Source of the DNA: an uncultured Gammaproteobacteria bacterium
GTDB taxonomy: Bacteria > Patescibacteriota > Microgenomatia > Levybacterales > UBA12049
Assembly (NCBI GenBank): GCA_964540925.1
Contig: CAZIOR010000002.1
Span: 1-54,679 of the forward strand
Reading direction: 5' to 3'
DNA length: 54,679 nucleotides
Made by a program: the position numbers and the translations under genes. The stretch's first letter is position 1. Each line of letters opens with the position of its first letter. Of this stretch, positions 29,421 to 38,662 are shown in pieces. Under the pieces are notes generated by a model. That model ran no database searches. It was not told where the DNA came from and worked only from the letters and a program-made list of their open reading frames with translations.

Positions 29421-30131
29421 TTAATTGGTGAATCTATATTTGAAAAGATTCCAAATAGCTTTACTCCCATCTCTAAAGGTATTCAATTTTTTACCCTCAT
29501 CATAGCCTCTTGGAGTTACTTCAATTGGTACTTCTAAAATCTTAAATTTCTTTTTCATTAATTTAGCTGTTATCTCAGGTTCAAACTCAAATCCTCTTGC
29601 ATTCAACTTAATTCCATTTAATGCATTTGCAGGAAACAGCTTGTAGCAAGTTTCCATATCTGTAATCCACTGTCCATACAAAATGCTGGTACATAAACTT
29701 AAAAACCTATTGCCTAAAAAATGTAATAAAAATCTAAAGGTTTTTTCTTCTTTTTTTAGATTAGGTTTTCTTTTAAGTCTTGTTCCATAAACAACTTCAG
29801 CTTTTTTAGCTAAAATTGGCTCCATCAAACTATTAATGAATTTAGGATCATATTCTAAGTCTGCATCCTGAATGATAATATAGTCTCCAGTTGCCTCTTT
29901 GATACCTCTAATAACTGCAGCGCCTTTGCCTTGATTTTTAGGTTGAAAAAATATTTTTAAATCTCTTGCTTTAAATTTGTTAAGTTTTTCTTTTGTAGAG
30001 TCAGTAGAACCATCATCAACCACAATTATTTCTTTAGTTACATTATTAATTTTCTGATCAATAACTCTATCTAAAACCTGAGTTATGGTTTTTTCTTCAT
30101 TAAAAACTGGAACAACAATAGATAATTTCAT
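29421..30131 (-). CDS. GT2 glycosyltransferase, DPM1-like polyprenyl-phosphate-sugar synthase
   Basis: [14 protein letters not shown]...[44 protein letters not shown]. 236 aa with no TM helix. Confidence 0.8.
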   Translation of the reverse strand: MKLSIVVPVFNEEKTITQVLDRVIDQKINNVTKEIIVVDDGSTDSTKEKLNKFKARDLKIFFQPKNQGKGAAVIRGIKEATGDYIIIQDADLEYDPKFINSLMEPILAKKAEVVYGTRLKRKPNLKKEEKTFRFLLHFLGNRFLSLCTSILYGQWITDMETCYKLFPANALNGIKLNARGFEFEPEITAKLMKKKFKILEVPIEVTPRGYDEGKKLNTFRDGSKAIWNLFKYRFTN

Positions 30132-31051
30132 TTTGAATAAATGCTGGTAACTTCTTTATCTGTTTTACTAAACAGCTTGGTATTATTATATCTATAATGT
30201 AATACTTTTGGAATATTTAATATAGCCTTAATAAGACCTAAATAAAATGCATACTCTCCTTTTAATAATGTATTTAGAAAATGATAGGGAAGCCAAATAA
30301 AATGACTTAGTATTAAATTTAAATCAGTTACATTTGTCCAGACAAAATAAAACATATTTCTATATACAATTGACTGTACGTATGATTTTTTAAATTGTTT
30401 TTTAATAACTCCTTTTTCATGCTCATGATAAACCACACTTTTGGGTTCAAAAATTAATTTATAACCTGATTTTAACGCTCTATAAGATAAATCAATGTCT
30501 TCCCAATAAAATGGGCTAAAAAGTGGATCTAAACCTCCTAGTTTATCCCAAATTGATTTTCTAAATGCACCACTTCCACCACTAACCCATAATGTATCTT
30601 TCGCATCCACTTCTCCACGTGAATGCACTAAGAAGCCTCTTTTCCATGAACCAATACCTCTTCCACGCAAAATATACCCATCTTTTTCAACACTTTTATC
30701 CATACAGCCAACAGCAAATACCTCATTGTCATTAAAATTTGCAACTAAAGGCTCTAAGAATCCTGATTCAGGATAAACATCAGTGTTTAGCAAAAGAATA
30801 ATTTCGCCTGATGCTTTTGCTACTCCATAATTGACTGTTTTTGAGAAACCAACATTTTTAGGGTTTTGTAGAAACTGTATATTCGCAAGAGACTGAAGAT
30901 AAGTTACTGAATTATCAATAGAAGCATCATCAACAACAATAATTTCGTATTTCCCTTTTTTATATTTATTTAACTCTTGAATAAGCTTAGGAAGATTCTT
31001 TTTTAAAAGATCTTCCCCATTATAATTTGGTATAACAACACTAATATTCAT
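30128..31051 (-). CDS. GT2 family glycosyltransferase
   Basis: [14 protein letters not shown]...[38 protein letters not shown]. Confidence 0.85.
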   Translation of the reverse strand: MNISVVIPNYNGEDLLKKNLPKLIQELNKYKKGKYEIIVVDDASIDNSVTYLQSLANIQFLQNPKNVGFSKTVNYGVAKASGEIILLLNTDVYPESGFLEPLVANFNDNEVFAVGCMDKSVEKDGYILRGRGIGSWKRGFLVHSRGEVDAKDTLWVSGGSGAFRKSIWDKLGGLDPLFSPFYWEDIDLSYRALKSGYKLIFEPKSVVYHEHEKGVIKKQFKKSYVQSIVYRNMFYFVWTNVTDLNLILSHFIWLPYHFLNTLLKGEYAFYLGLIKAILNIPKVLHYRYNNTKLFSKTDKEVTSIYSK

Positions 31052-31053
31052 CT

Positions 31054-33312
31054 TTAAAACAAAGTATTATAAAAAACAACTTTATGATTTCCAGCTGGAA
31101 TAATTAAGCCTCTAAAATTATAGTCTGTTAAATAAATATTTGCATCTTTGCCGTCAACACTTGCCTTCCAAGTTGGATAATAACTATCAGTTAAAATTAA
31201 AAAACCTTCTTTTTCATTTTCTGTATTTATTTCTACTTTGTTTGCAGCGTAATCTACTATTTTTACCTCTCCAACATTCCAAGATCTATCCCAACTATTA
31301 TCATTCGACGCCACAACAGCTCTTTGATTTAATGGAATATTTTCATAAAGTTTGCTTATTTCCTCCTGCTTTGTCGCAGCATTAATCGTTCTTTGAATAA
31401 AGAAAGCTCTTGGTATTGCACCATTATTTTCATAAATCATTGTTTTTCCTTCTGTTAGCACTTTTACATATTTACCATCATTAATTTGTTCAGAAGTTAA
31501 AATATATTTAACACCTAACAAATCAATAAGTGGAGATTTATAATTTTCAATCTTTATGATCCTATTAAATCCAAATGGTGGATCTATATCTGGACCGTTT
31601 CTACCAATACTTGCCATTAACTCTCCATATCTTTGCAAATATAATGGGTCATAACCATCAATGCTTTGCAGTTTATACATGATTGAAAAATTGGGAGGGA
31701 AAATTTCTCCATTTGTTTCCATCACTCTCCATAGTCCAGCATTTTTTTGCAGATATGAAAGTGTTTTAGTAGTTGGATATAGATATTCTTGCTTTGAAAA
31801 AGTTAAATATTTCCAACCCATTCTAAATAAATCAAAAGTATTAACAACAACAAGTAGCATAATTAAATATTTAATTATGTTTTGTTTGTTTTTTAAAACC
31901 AATAGATAGTTAACAATAAGAAGAATCGTAAGTATTATAAAAATTACTGATGGAAAAATTAAATTTCTTTTACTTACAAGTATATTTTCTAAAGAAATAC
32001 TTCCCAATCCATTAAGTAATACAAATATCCAAAGACTGACAAATATTAAAATGAAAATAAATAAATTAATAAATACTTTTTTATCTTTTTTCTTTTCAAT
32101 AAACTCGTTGAGTCCATAGGCTGCAAGAATTACTAAGCAAAAATCGATAATTGCCAAAAGTCTTGTTGGTTGAGATGTAGATATAAAAGGAATTTGTAAG
32201 TAAAAAGGAAGTTTGGAAATAAAATTAGGAAATACTAGGACAATTGAAGTAAATAAAGTAAATATAAAAAATACCTTTTCTTTATTTACTTTAAACAAAG
32301 AATATATGGCAAAAAATAGTGCAACTATTCCAATGTAACCGATAAATTCTCCATAATTCCATTCACCAAAATAATTCAATGTGGTTGGATTTCCAAAAAA
32401 ATCAGGAGCAATAAACTGAATTATGTTTTGCAAAGGAATAAACCAGCCCTTAGTAAGCCAATCTACTTGATCAGAATTTCTAGCAGATAAATTAATTAAT
32501 TGAAAAACCGAATAAATACTTGGAAAAGCTAAAACAACAAAAATTGTATTTGTAAATAAAAATGCCAGAAAACCTTTAAGCAAACGTTTATTTAAAAATA
32601 ATTTATAAATAAAATATAATGAAGAAATTAAAAATACATAAAAAAAGATTTGCAAATGTCCTGCAAAAAAAGACGTCATTAGAGAAATTGAATATATTCC
32701 TAACCAAAATATTAAATTTTTAAATTTATTTAAATTCCCTAAAATTTTATCTATTGCTAAAAACAATAATGGTGTCCAAAGATAAACACTCACTACATTG
32801 CCCCACTCCATCCAAGAAATTGCAAAACCACAAAATGCAAAAGACAATGAACCAAAAACAACAGCCTTTATATCTAGCTTTAAATTTCTTAGAAACAAAA
32901 ACATAAATAAAGCTGCAAGAATTGGCTGCGAAACGATCAATAAGCTCCAGGCAAAACTAAATGGAAATATAAAAAATAGAATATTTAAAGGATAAAAGGC
33001 CGCTGACTGAAAATTTGCTAAAAGTGGAGTACCAGAAAATGAATAAGGATTCCAAAGTGGCAATTGAAACTTTTTCTCTGCTTCAATAATTAAATTTTTC
33101 CAGGGATATTGTTGTCTCACCGGATCTGTAGTTAAAAAATTTTTAAACGGAACTCCATTAGGGTATAGATTTGCGTAACTATCTCGATATGGATGATATA
33201 GGCCAACAATTGTATCCGAGGGAATAGGCAATAAATTTTTTACAAAAATATCCTTAAAGAAAATTGATATTAAAATTATATAAATTGAGAGTAGAATAAT
33301 TTTTATTTTCAT
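31054..33312 (-). CDS. YfhO-family GT-C-type membrane glycosyltransferase
   Basis: LWNPYSFSGTPLLANFQSAAFYPLNILFF (YfhO signature). Polytopic core, with a C-terminal ectodomain containing SYYPTWKASVDGKDANIY. Confidence 0.8.
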   Translation of the reverse strand: MKIKIILLSIYIILISIFFKDIFVKNLLPIPSDTIVGLYHPYRDSYANLYPNGVPFKNFLTTDPVRQQYPWKNLIIEAEKKFQLPLWNPYSFSGTPLLANFQSAAFYPLNILFFIFPFSFAWSLLIVSQPILAALFMFLFLRNLKLDIKAVVFGSLSFAFCGFAISWMEWGNVVSVYLWTPLLFLAIDKILGNLNKFKNLIFWLGIYSISLMTSFFAGHLQIFFYVFLISSLYFIYKLFLNKRLLKGFLAFLFTNTIFVVLAFPSIYSVFQLINLSARNSDQVDWLTKGWFIPLQNIIQFIAPDFFGNPTTLNYFGEWNYGEFIGYIGIVALFFAIYSLFKVNKEKVFFIFTLFTSIVLVFPNFISKLPFYLQIPFISTSQPTRLLAIIDFCLVILAAYGLNEFIEKKKDKKVFINLFIFILIFVSLWIFVLLNGLGSISLENILVSKRNLIFPSVIFIILTILLIVNYLLVLKNKQNIIKYLIMLLVVVNTFDLFRMGWKYLTFSKQEYLYPTTKTLSYLQKNAGLWRVMETNGEIFPPNFSIMYKLQSIDGYDPLYLQRYGELMASIGRNGPDIDPPFGFNRIIKIENYKSPLIDLLGVKYILTSEQINDGKYVKVLTEGKTMIYENNGAIPRAFFIQRTINAATKQEEISKLYENIPLNQRAVVASNDNSWDRSWNVGEVKIVDYAANKVEINTENEKEGFLILTDSYYPTWKASVDGKDANIYLTDYNFRGLIIPAGNHKVVFYNTLF

Positions 33313-34388
33313 TCGTTAATAAAAACTTTTTTAATTTTTTCGCAAAATATATCTGAGGTAAATAGTTTTGACCTTTGCTGAGCTGCAGTAGACATTTCAA
33401 TGAATTTTCCATTATCTTCTGAAAGTAAAATTGTTTTTAACATTAATTCTTCTTCATCTAACCATAAGAATCCGCTTATTCCATCCTCTACAATCTCTAC
33501 TTGCCCTCCAACTCCAACAACGATTGGTACTGCCCCATTTGCCATTGCCTCGACTGTGGTTATGCCGAAATGCTCTGCTCTTTCTGGGTTAATATTTAAA
33601 TCTTCTCCATACCCTGATGCATGCCAATAAATTTTTGCTTTAGCATATTCTTCTTGTAATTTTTCGTTTGTAACGTTCTCAAGAATTTCTATTGGGTAAT
33701 CTTTTATAGACTTTTTAATTTCATCAATATGTAGCTTATCTTTCGAAAAATAACTTATAACCAAATGCAGCTTCCAACCTTTAAAACCTTTATCAACCAT
33801 CTTTTTAAATGTAGCAATTAGAAACTCTTGTTTTTTAAATGAACTATTATTCTCAAGCCTTTCATATCTACCAATATTTAGAACAATATTTTCTTTCTCT
33901 TTTAAATCAACCTTAATTAAATCTTTGGTAAAAAAGGTAGGAGGATAAATAACTTTACTATCTACATTAAATTCTTTATCTATAAACTGCTTAGTAAAAT
34001 TTGAGTTACAGATTATCTCACTTATTCTTTTAAGCTTAACCTTATCTAACATATCTAGCTTCTTATTTTTAATGGGGAATTGAAAATGAACAATGAGTTT
34101 TGAACTAACTAAAGGGAGGCTTCCGTCACTCAAAGCAAAAATATAATCATATTTTTTGGTTAAAAACAAACGATTAATCAATGAGGTCTCTGATGTAAAA
34201 ATATTTTTGACCACTTTTACTCTTTTTAGATCTATACCCAATTTTTCTTCTGCCTTAGTCAAAATCAAAGAATCATCCCAAAATACTTCTACTTCCGCAA
34301 ATGTAGATAAAAAGGATGCTGCAAGGAGCATATACTTCTCCCCTCCACTTAGAGTATCCAAATAAGGAGAATAAATTCCAATCTTCAC
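33309..34388 (-). CDS. GT4 (GT-B fold) glycosyltransferase
   Basis: EHFGITTVEAMANGAVPIVVGVGGQVEIVEDGISG (EX7E). GTG start (plus-strand cac at 34386-34388) directly at the conserved MKIGIYSPY N-terminus. Confidence 0.8.
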   Translation of the reverse strand: MKIGIYSPYLDTLSGGEKYMLLAASFLSTFAEVEVFWDDSLILTKAEEKLGIDLKRVKVVKNIFTSETSLINRLFLTKKYDYIFALSDGSLPLVSSKLIVHFQFPIKNKKLDMLDKVKLKRISEIICNSNFTKQFIDKEFNVDSKVIYPPTFFTKDLIKVDLKEKENIVLNIGRYERLENNSSFKKQEFLIATFKKMVDKGFKGWKLHLVISYFSKDKLHIDEIKKSIKDYPIEILENVTNEKLQEEYAKAKIYWHASGYGEDLNINPERAEHFGITTVEAMANGAVPIVVGVGGQVEIVEDGISGFLWLDEEELMLKTILLSEDNGKFIEMSTAAQQRSKLFTSDIFCEKIKKVFINE

Positions 34389-34394
34389 ATTCTT

Positions 34395-34423
34395 ATTTTA
34401 GCAATTTTTAGGTTGCATTGCAT
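34395..34423 (-). promoter_or_regulatory. Promoter ATGCAA-17-TGcTAAAAT, 6 nt before the GTG at 34388; head of a ~30-kb minus-strand gene run
   Basis: The minus strand reads TGCTAAAAT (34403-34395), AAGAAT, then GTG. The -35 position (34418-34423) is the same hexamer used by the divergent plus-strand promoter. Confidence 0.5.
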
Positions 34424-34446
34424 ATTAAAATTATTAATACTATAAT
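34418..34446 (+). promoter_or_regulatory. Promoter TTGCAT-17-TATAAT, 6 nt before the ATG at 34453 (leaderless)
   Basis: The plus strand reads TTGCAT (34418-34423), a 17-nt spacer, TATAAT (34441-34446), AAAGTT, then ATG. Confidence 0.55.
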
Positions 34447-34452
34447 AAAGTT

Positions 34453-34686
34453 ATGAATTTATTAGATTTGAACCAATCTTCAACACTTCTTTTCTTTGGC
34501 GCCTTTCTTTGGTCAATTTTCTGGAAAGGATTAGCTCTATGGAGATCTGCAAATTTAAAACAGAAAAATTGGTTCGTAGCTCTTCTTATTCTTAATACAA
34601 TTGGAATCGCAGAAATTGCCTATCTTTTCTTTTTTGCAAAAAAGAAAATGGCAATCTCAGAGCTCAAATTCTGGGAAGCAAAATAA
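34453..34686 (+). CDS. Small two-helix membrane protein (resembles DUF5652-type proteins)
   Basis: 77 aa. Two hydrophobic helices flank WKGLALWRSANLKQKNWFVALLILNTIGIAEIAYLFFF. Its own promoter is directly upstream. The family assignment is from memory only. Confidence 0.55.
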   Translation: MNLLDLNQSSTLLFFGAFLWSIFWKGLALWRSANLKQKNWFVALLILNTIGIAEIAYLFFFAKKKMAISELKFWEAK

Positions 34687-37000
34687 TTTTTCCTCTTAAA
34701 ACAAATACTAGTACCATTAAAATTATCCCAACCACTGCTATTGCTATGCCCCAGATAAAAGAGATTGGTTGAAAAACCAAATCAATCTTGTGTACTCCTT
34801 GAGGCAGAACTATAGCTTGAAAAGCATAGTTTGCTCTATATATTTTAACTTTAGAACCATCAATATAGGCATTCCAACCCTTTGCAAAAGGATTAGAGAT
34901 AAATAACATGGTTTTTCCATCTGAATCTGACTCTAAAGACAATGAGTTTGCTGTGAATTTTGTTAATATTGTATTAACCCTCTTAGCATTTAAGCTTATA
35001 CCAGGATTTTCTTCTAAATATAAATTTTCTTTTAAATTTTTGTCAGCAAAAATTTGTCTTAACTCAGCTTTTGCATCATTTACTACAAAATACTTATTAA
35101 CCGTAAATACACGAGGTAATGCATCATTATTCTCAAAGATTTGATAAACACCATCATCATAAATCAATTTATATGAATTTGGGTATTTCCAGAAAGGATA
35201 AACCCAAACATTTCTTCCATCAGCAATTTTATGAACTATATACTTAACTCCTAAAAAATCCAGGGTTTGCTTGGCGTATTTACCGTTTTTGGGAAACAAA
35301 ACTACTGATCTAAATCCCTCATGTAAATTACCATCCTCAGCTGCTGAGATAAACTCGCCATATCTTTTTAAGTAAACCGCATCATAACCCTCAATGGATT
35401 GAAGTTTGTTTACTAAAGCTTCTTCAGTGCCCATATTTCCAAAAAATCGATTTAATCGAAACAGTTTTTGATATTCATTTGTAATTGGGGTACTAGGATA
35501 AAATAGTGATTTTGGACCAAACTCTTGCCATTTATTAGCAAATCTTAACATCTCGAATGCAACAACAAAAATTAAAAGCAATGAGAGAACCGTTATATAC
35601 TTTAATTTATTAAATCTATTAAAAAAATACCAAAGCATTACCCAACCAACTAATAATAAGAACATAACTGTAGGTAGTATAAAGTTTTGCTTTGCAATAA
35701 TAACCTTGTCTACTGGAATAAAAAGCTTAAGTAAAATCACAATCCAAATAAAACCAAAGAAGCTAGTTAATCCACCTAACCAGACTAAAACTTTAACAAA
35801 ATTTTTCTTTAAATCCTTATTTAAATATTCGAATCCATATGCTCCTAATACTGCTAAGCTAAAACTAGCTAAGACAATAATTCTACTTAAGGCACTTGTG
35901 GAAATTACGGGAATTTTTAAAGAAACAATTAAATCTACAAATGGTGTATTGATGCATAAAGCTAAAGAAACAAAAACTGATATAACGAAAAAGAGTATTT
36001 TTTTATATTTCAAATAAAAGACGCTGAAAAAAGATAGAAGCAAAACTAATGTTCCAACGTATCCATTCCATTCAGCATAATGACCAAACCAATCATTTCT
36101 AGTTACTGGATTACCCAAAAAATCAGGGGCTAAAACCGTAATTAAATATCCAAATGGGATTGCTTCATTCTTTTGAAAAATTGTACTTCTTAATGATTGC
36201 GAATAAATTTCAATTGAAGGAAGAACTTGAGGTAAAGCTAAAAACATACCGAAAATAGAATAAAGCAGAGTATAAAGAAATTGTCTCACGTTTTTTTCTT
36301 CCCATAATTTAAAGAGGAGATAGAAAAAGACGAACATTAAAAAATAAACACTAATTTGAAAATGTCCACTGAAAAAAGATAATGGGAATGTAAATGCTAA
36401 TAAAAATAAATATTTAAAATTTTGTGTTGAATAAAATTTCTCTACTGAAAAAAGTGCAAGAGGTAGAAATAAAATCGCATACCCTAATGTTGCGTAATCC
36501 ATCCAAGTTGTTAAAAAACCACAAAACATAAAAGAAACTGCACCTAATACGGCTGGTATTTTTTGTAAGTTTATTGCTCGTAAGAAAAGCAACATAAATA
36601 TCCCTGCTAAAAGCGGTTGGAGTAAAACGAGAATACTCCATGCATCAACGAATTTGAAAACGAAAAACAGTAAATTAAATGGACTTAAGACTGCTGATTG
36701 ATAATTTGCTAAATGATTTGTTCCCGAAAAACTATAAGGATTCCAAAATGGGATCTCTCCAGATTTCAAAGTATCGATTGTAAACATTTTCCACGGTATG
36801 ATTTGCGAAATAACATCCGGCATCGCGTTGTTTTTGACTGGACCAACATATGTTGAGTATGCACTCCAAGGAGTAAAAAAATTAGTTAAATAAGTTGAAG
36901 AAAAAGGAATTTTACTACCTGTAAAAACAGGTAATGCAAATACAAACCAAATCAAAACGATAAATAAATAAGGCCAGATTTTTACTAATATTTTAGACAT
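34664..37000 (-). CDS. YfhO-family GT-C-type membrane glycosyltransferase
   Basis: FWNPYSFSGTNHLANYQSAVLSPFNLLFF; C-terminal PFAKGWNAYIDGSKVKIY plus a terminal TM helix. I start it at the ATG at 37000 (MSKILVKIWPYLFIV). The track ORF starting at 37135 would overlap the upstream GT2 by 143 nt. Confidence 0.8.
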   Translation of the reverse strand: MSKILVKIWPYLFIVLIWFVFALPVFTGSKIPFSSTYLTNFFTPWSAYSTYVGPVKNNAMPDVISQIIPWKMFTIDTLKSGEIPFWNPYSFSGTNHLANYQSAVLSPFNLLFFVFKFVDAWSILVLLQPLLAGIFMLLFLRAINLQKIPAVLGAVSFMFCGFLTTWMDYATLGYAILFLPLALFSVEKFYSTQNFKYLFLLAFTFPLSFFSGHFQISVYFLMFVFFYLLFKLWEEKNVRQFLYTLLYSIFGMFLALPQVLPSIEIYSQSLRSTIFQKNEAIPFGYLITVLAPDFLGNPVTRNDWFGHYAEWNGYVGTLVLLLSFFSVFYLKYKKILFFVISVFVSLALCINTPFVDLIVSLKIPVISTSALSRIIVLASFSLAVLGAYGFEYLNKDLKKNFVKVLVWLGGLTSFFGFIWIVILLKLFIPVDKVIIAKQNFILPTVMFLLLVGWVMLWYFFNRFNKLKYITVLSLLLIFVVAFEMLRFANKWQEFGPKSLFYPSTPITNEYQKLFRLNRFFGNMGTEEALVNKLQSIEGYDAVYLKRYGEFISAAEDGNLHEGFRSVVLFPKNGKYAKQTLDFLGVKYIVHKIADGRNVWVYPFWKYPNSYKLIYDDGVYQIFENNDALPRVFTVNKYFVVNDAKAELRQIFADKNLKENLYLEENPGISLNAKRVNTILTKFTANSLSLESDSDGKTMLFISNPFAKGWNAYIDGSKVKIYRANYAFQAIVLPQGVHKIDLVFQPISFIWGIAIAVVGIILMVLVFVLRGKIILLPRI

Positions 37001-37751
37001 TTCTTTTACTTTTTTCTTTTTGCTGTAATTCCCATAATTTTGCATAAGTAATAAAAATACTAAAAGCTTGATACATACTTTCAATAAGTCCTGCTGTTTT
37101 TGCTTTATATCCTTGTTGCTTAAAATACGAATCAATAAATGCTCCCAACATTACTCTAGGAAATCTCCACCACGTCATTTTAGGATGATTCTGGTTATAT
37201 CTTAAAACAGCTTCCGTTGTAGACCACCTTAGAGTTTTATTTACCATTGACTCTAAATCTCTATGAGTAAAATGTAAAATAAAACCTTCTAAAACTATAC
37301 CCTCTCCACTTACTTCAGGCGTTTCATGTAACTCACCCTTCCAGCCTCTTAAATCCTTTTTCCTAAATAGTCTTTCCATTTTTTCAACCTTAGGCCAAGG
37401 ATTTTTACCTAAATAATAATTTTGACGTTTTAAATAATAAAATGAATATTTATCTTCTGATGCTGCATTAAGGATTGAATTTTTTAATTCCCCATCGATT
37501 CTTTCATCTGCATCTAAGTATAAAAGGTATTCATGTGTAGCTTTCTGTAATCCTAAATTTCTTAATTCAGAAAAATTATTTGTATCAATTGAAAAAACTT
37601 TTGCCCCAAACTTTTCCGCAATCTCCTTAGTCTTGTCTATCGAGGAATTATCAATTACTATTATTTCATCACAAAAGGATAAGCTATCTAGACAATCACC
37701 TAGCATTTGCTCTTCGTTTTTTGCAATAACTACTGCTGAAATTTTATTCAT
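36993..37751 (-). CDS. GT2 family glycosyltransferase (WaaE/beta-1,4-glucosyltransferase-like subtype)
   Basis: ISAVVIAKNEEQML...EIIVIDNSSIDKTKEIAEKFGAKV, LDADERI, LFRKKDLRGWKGELHE. Confidence 0.8.
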   Translation of the reverse strand: MNKISAVVIAKNEEQMLGDCLDSLSFCDEIIVIDNSSIDKTKEIAEKFGAKVFSIDTNNFSELRNLGLQKATHEYLLYLDADERIDGELKNSILNAASEDKYSFYYLKRQNYYLGKNPWPKVEKMERLFRKKDLRGWKGELHETPEVSGEGIVLEGFILHFTHRDLESMVNKTLRWSTTEAVLRYNQNHPKMTWWRFPRVMLGAFIDSYFKQQGYKAKTAGLIESMYQAFSIFITYAKLWELQQKEKSKRNV

Positions 37752-38662
37752 TATTTATGAAAAGAACCTTTACCAAAAATATTTAAGTAAAAATCTCTAA
37801 CTCCAACTTTTTGCCATTTCCTACCCTTTAATAGAATCAACATACTTTCTTTAATTAAGGCTAACTTAACTCTAAAATTTACATACTTAAACCCAAACAG
37901 CATTCTGTTTCTAGAAATATAATAATCCTGTAAGCTTGAACCAGAACCACCAGTTGCAGCAGCATTTAAATGCCACAAAATGGCATTTGGATTTAGTAAA
38001 ACCTTGTAACCTAGCTTTTTAATTCTCATTCCTAAATCTGCGTCCTCATAATACAAAAAGAATCTTTCATCAAAAAAATTAGATTTTTCTAAAACTTCCC
38101 TACTTAACATCATGCAGCAACCAGTTGGTATTTCAGTTTCTTTTACTTCTGCAAATTGACCATTATCAACCTCATCAACTCCAAAATGTTTTCCAATAAC
38201 ATTATTCCAATCCATAATTCCACCTGCATACCAAATTACCTTCCCCAATTCTGATTCCTTATATCTATCTTTATGATATTCATGACCTTTAGCAAAGTAT
38301 ATTTTTGGAACAGTTATGCCAACTTTATCGTCTGCAAAAGGCTTCAATAATTCTTCAATTACATCTTTATCCAATATAGTGTCATTATTTAAAACCATAA
38401 TAAAATCTGCTCCGTTTCGAATTGAAAACTCAATTCCCGTATTTTGACCTCCTGAGAAACCTAAATTTTCTTCATTTCTTAAAACCACTAATTCAAAATT
38501 TTTATATTTAACTTCAGATGTAAATTGATTTTCAGAAGCATTATCCACTACGACAACCGTTAGTTTAAAATTATTTGCAGTTACTTTTTCTAAACTGCTT
38601 AAGCAATTTAGTGTTGAGTCATTATCATTAAATGTGAGAATAGAAATAAAAACATTTTTCAT
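37751..38662 (-). CDS. GT2 family glycosyltransferase
   Basis: FISILTFNDNDSTLNCL...VVVVDNASEN, MVLNNDT, LYYEDADLGMRIKKLGYKV. Confidence 0.85.
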   Translation of the reverse strand: MKNVFISILTFNDNDSTLNCLSSLEKVTANNFKLTVVVVDNASENQFTSEVKYKNFELVVLRNEENLGFSGGQNTGIEFSIRNGADFIMVLNNDTILDKDVIEELLKPFADDKVGITVPKIYFAKGHEYHKDRYKESELGKVIWYAGGIMDWNNVIGKHFGVDEVDNGQFAEVKETEIPTGCCMMLSREVLEKSNFFDERFFLYYEDADLGMRIKKLGYKVLLNPNAILWHLNAAATGGSGSSLQDYYISRNRMLFGFKYVNFRVKLALIKESMLILLKGRKWQKVGVRDFYLNIFGKGSFHK

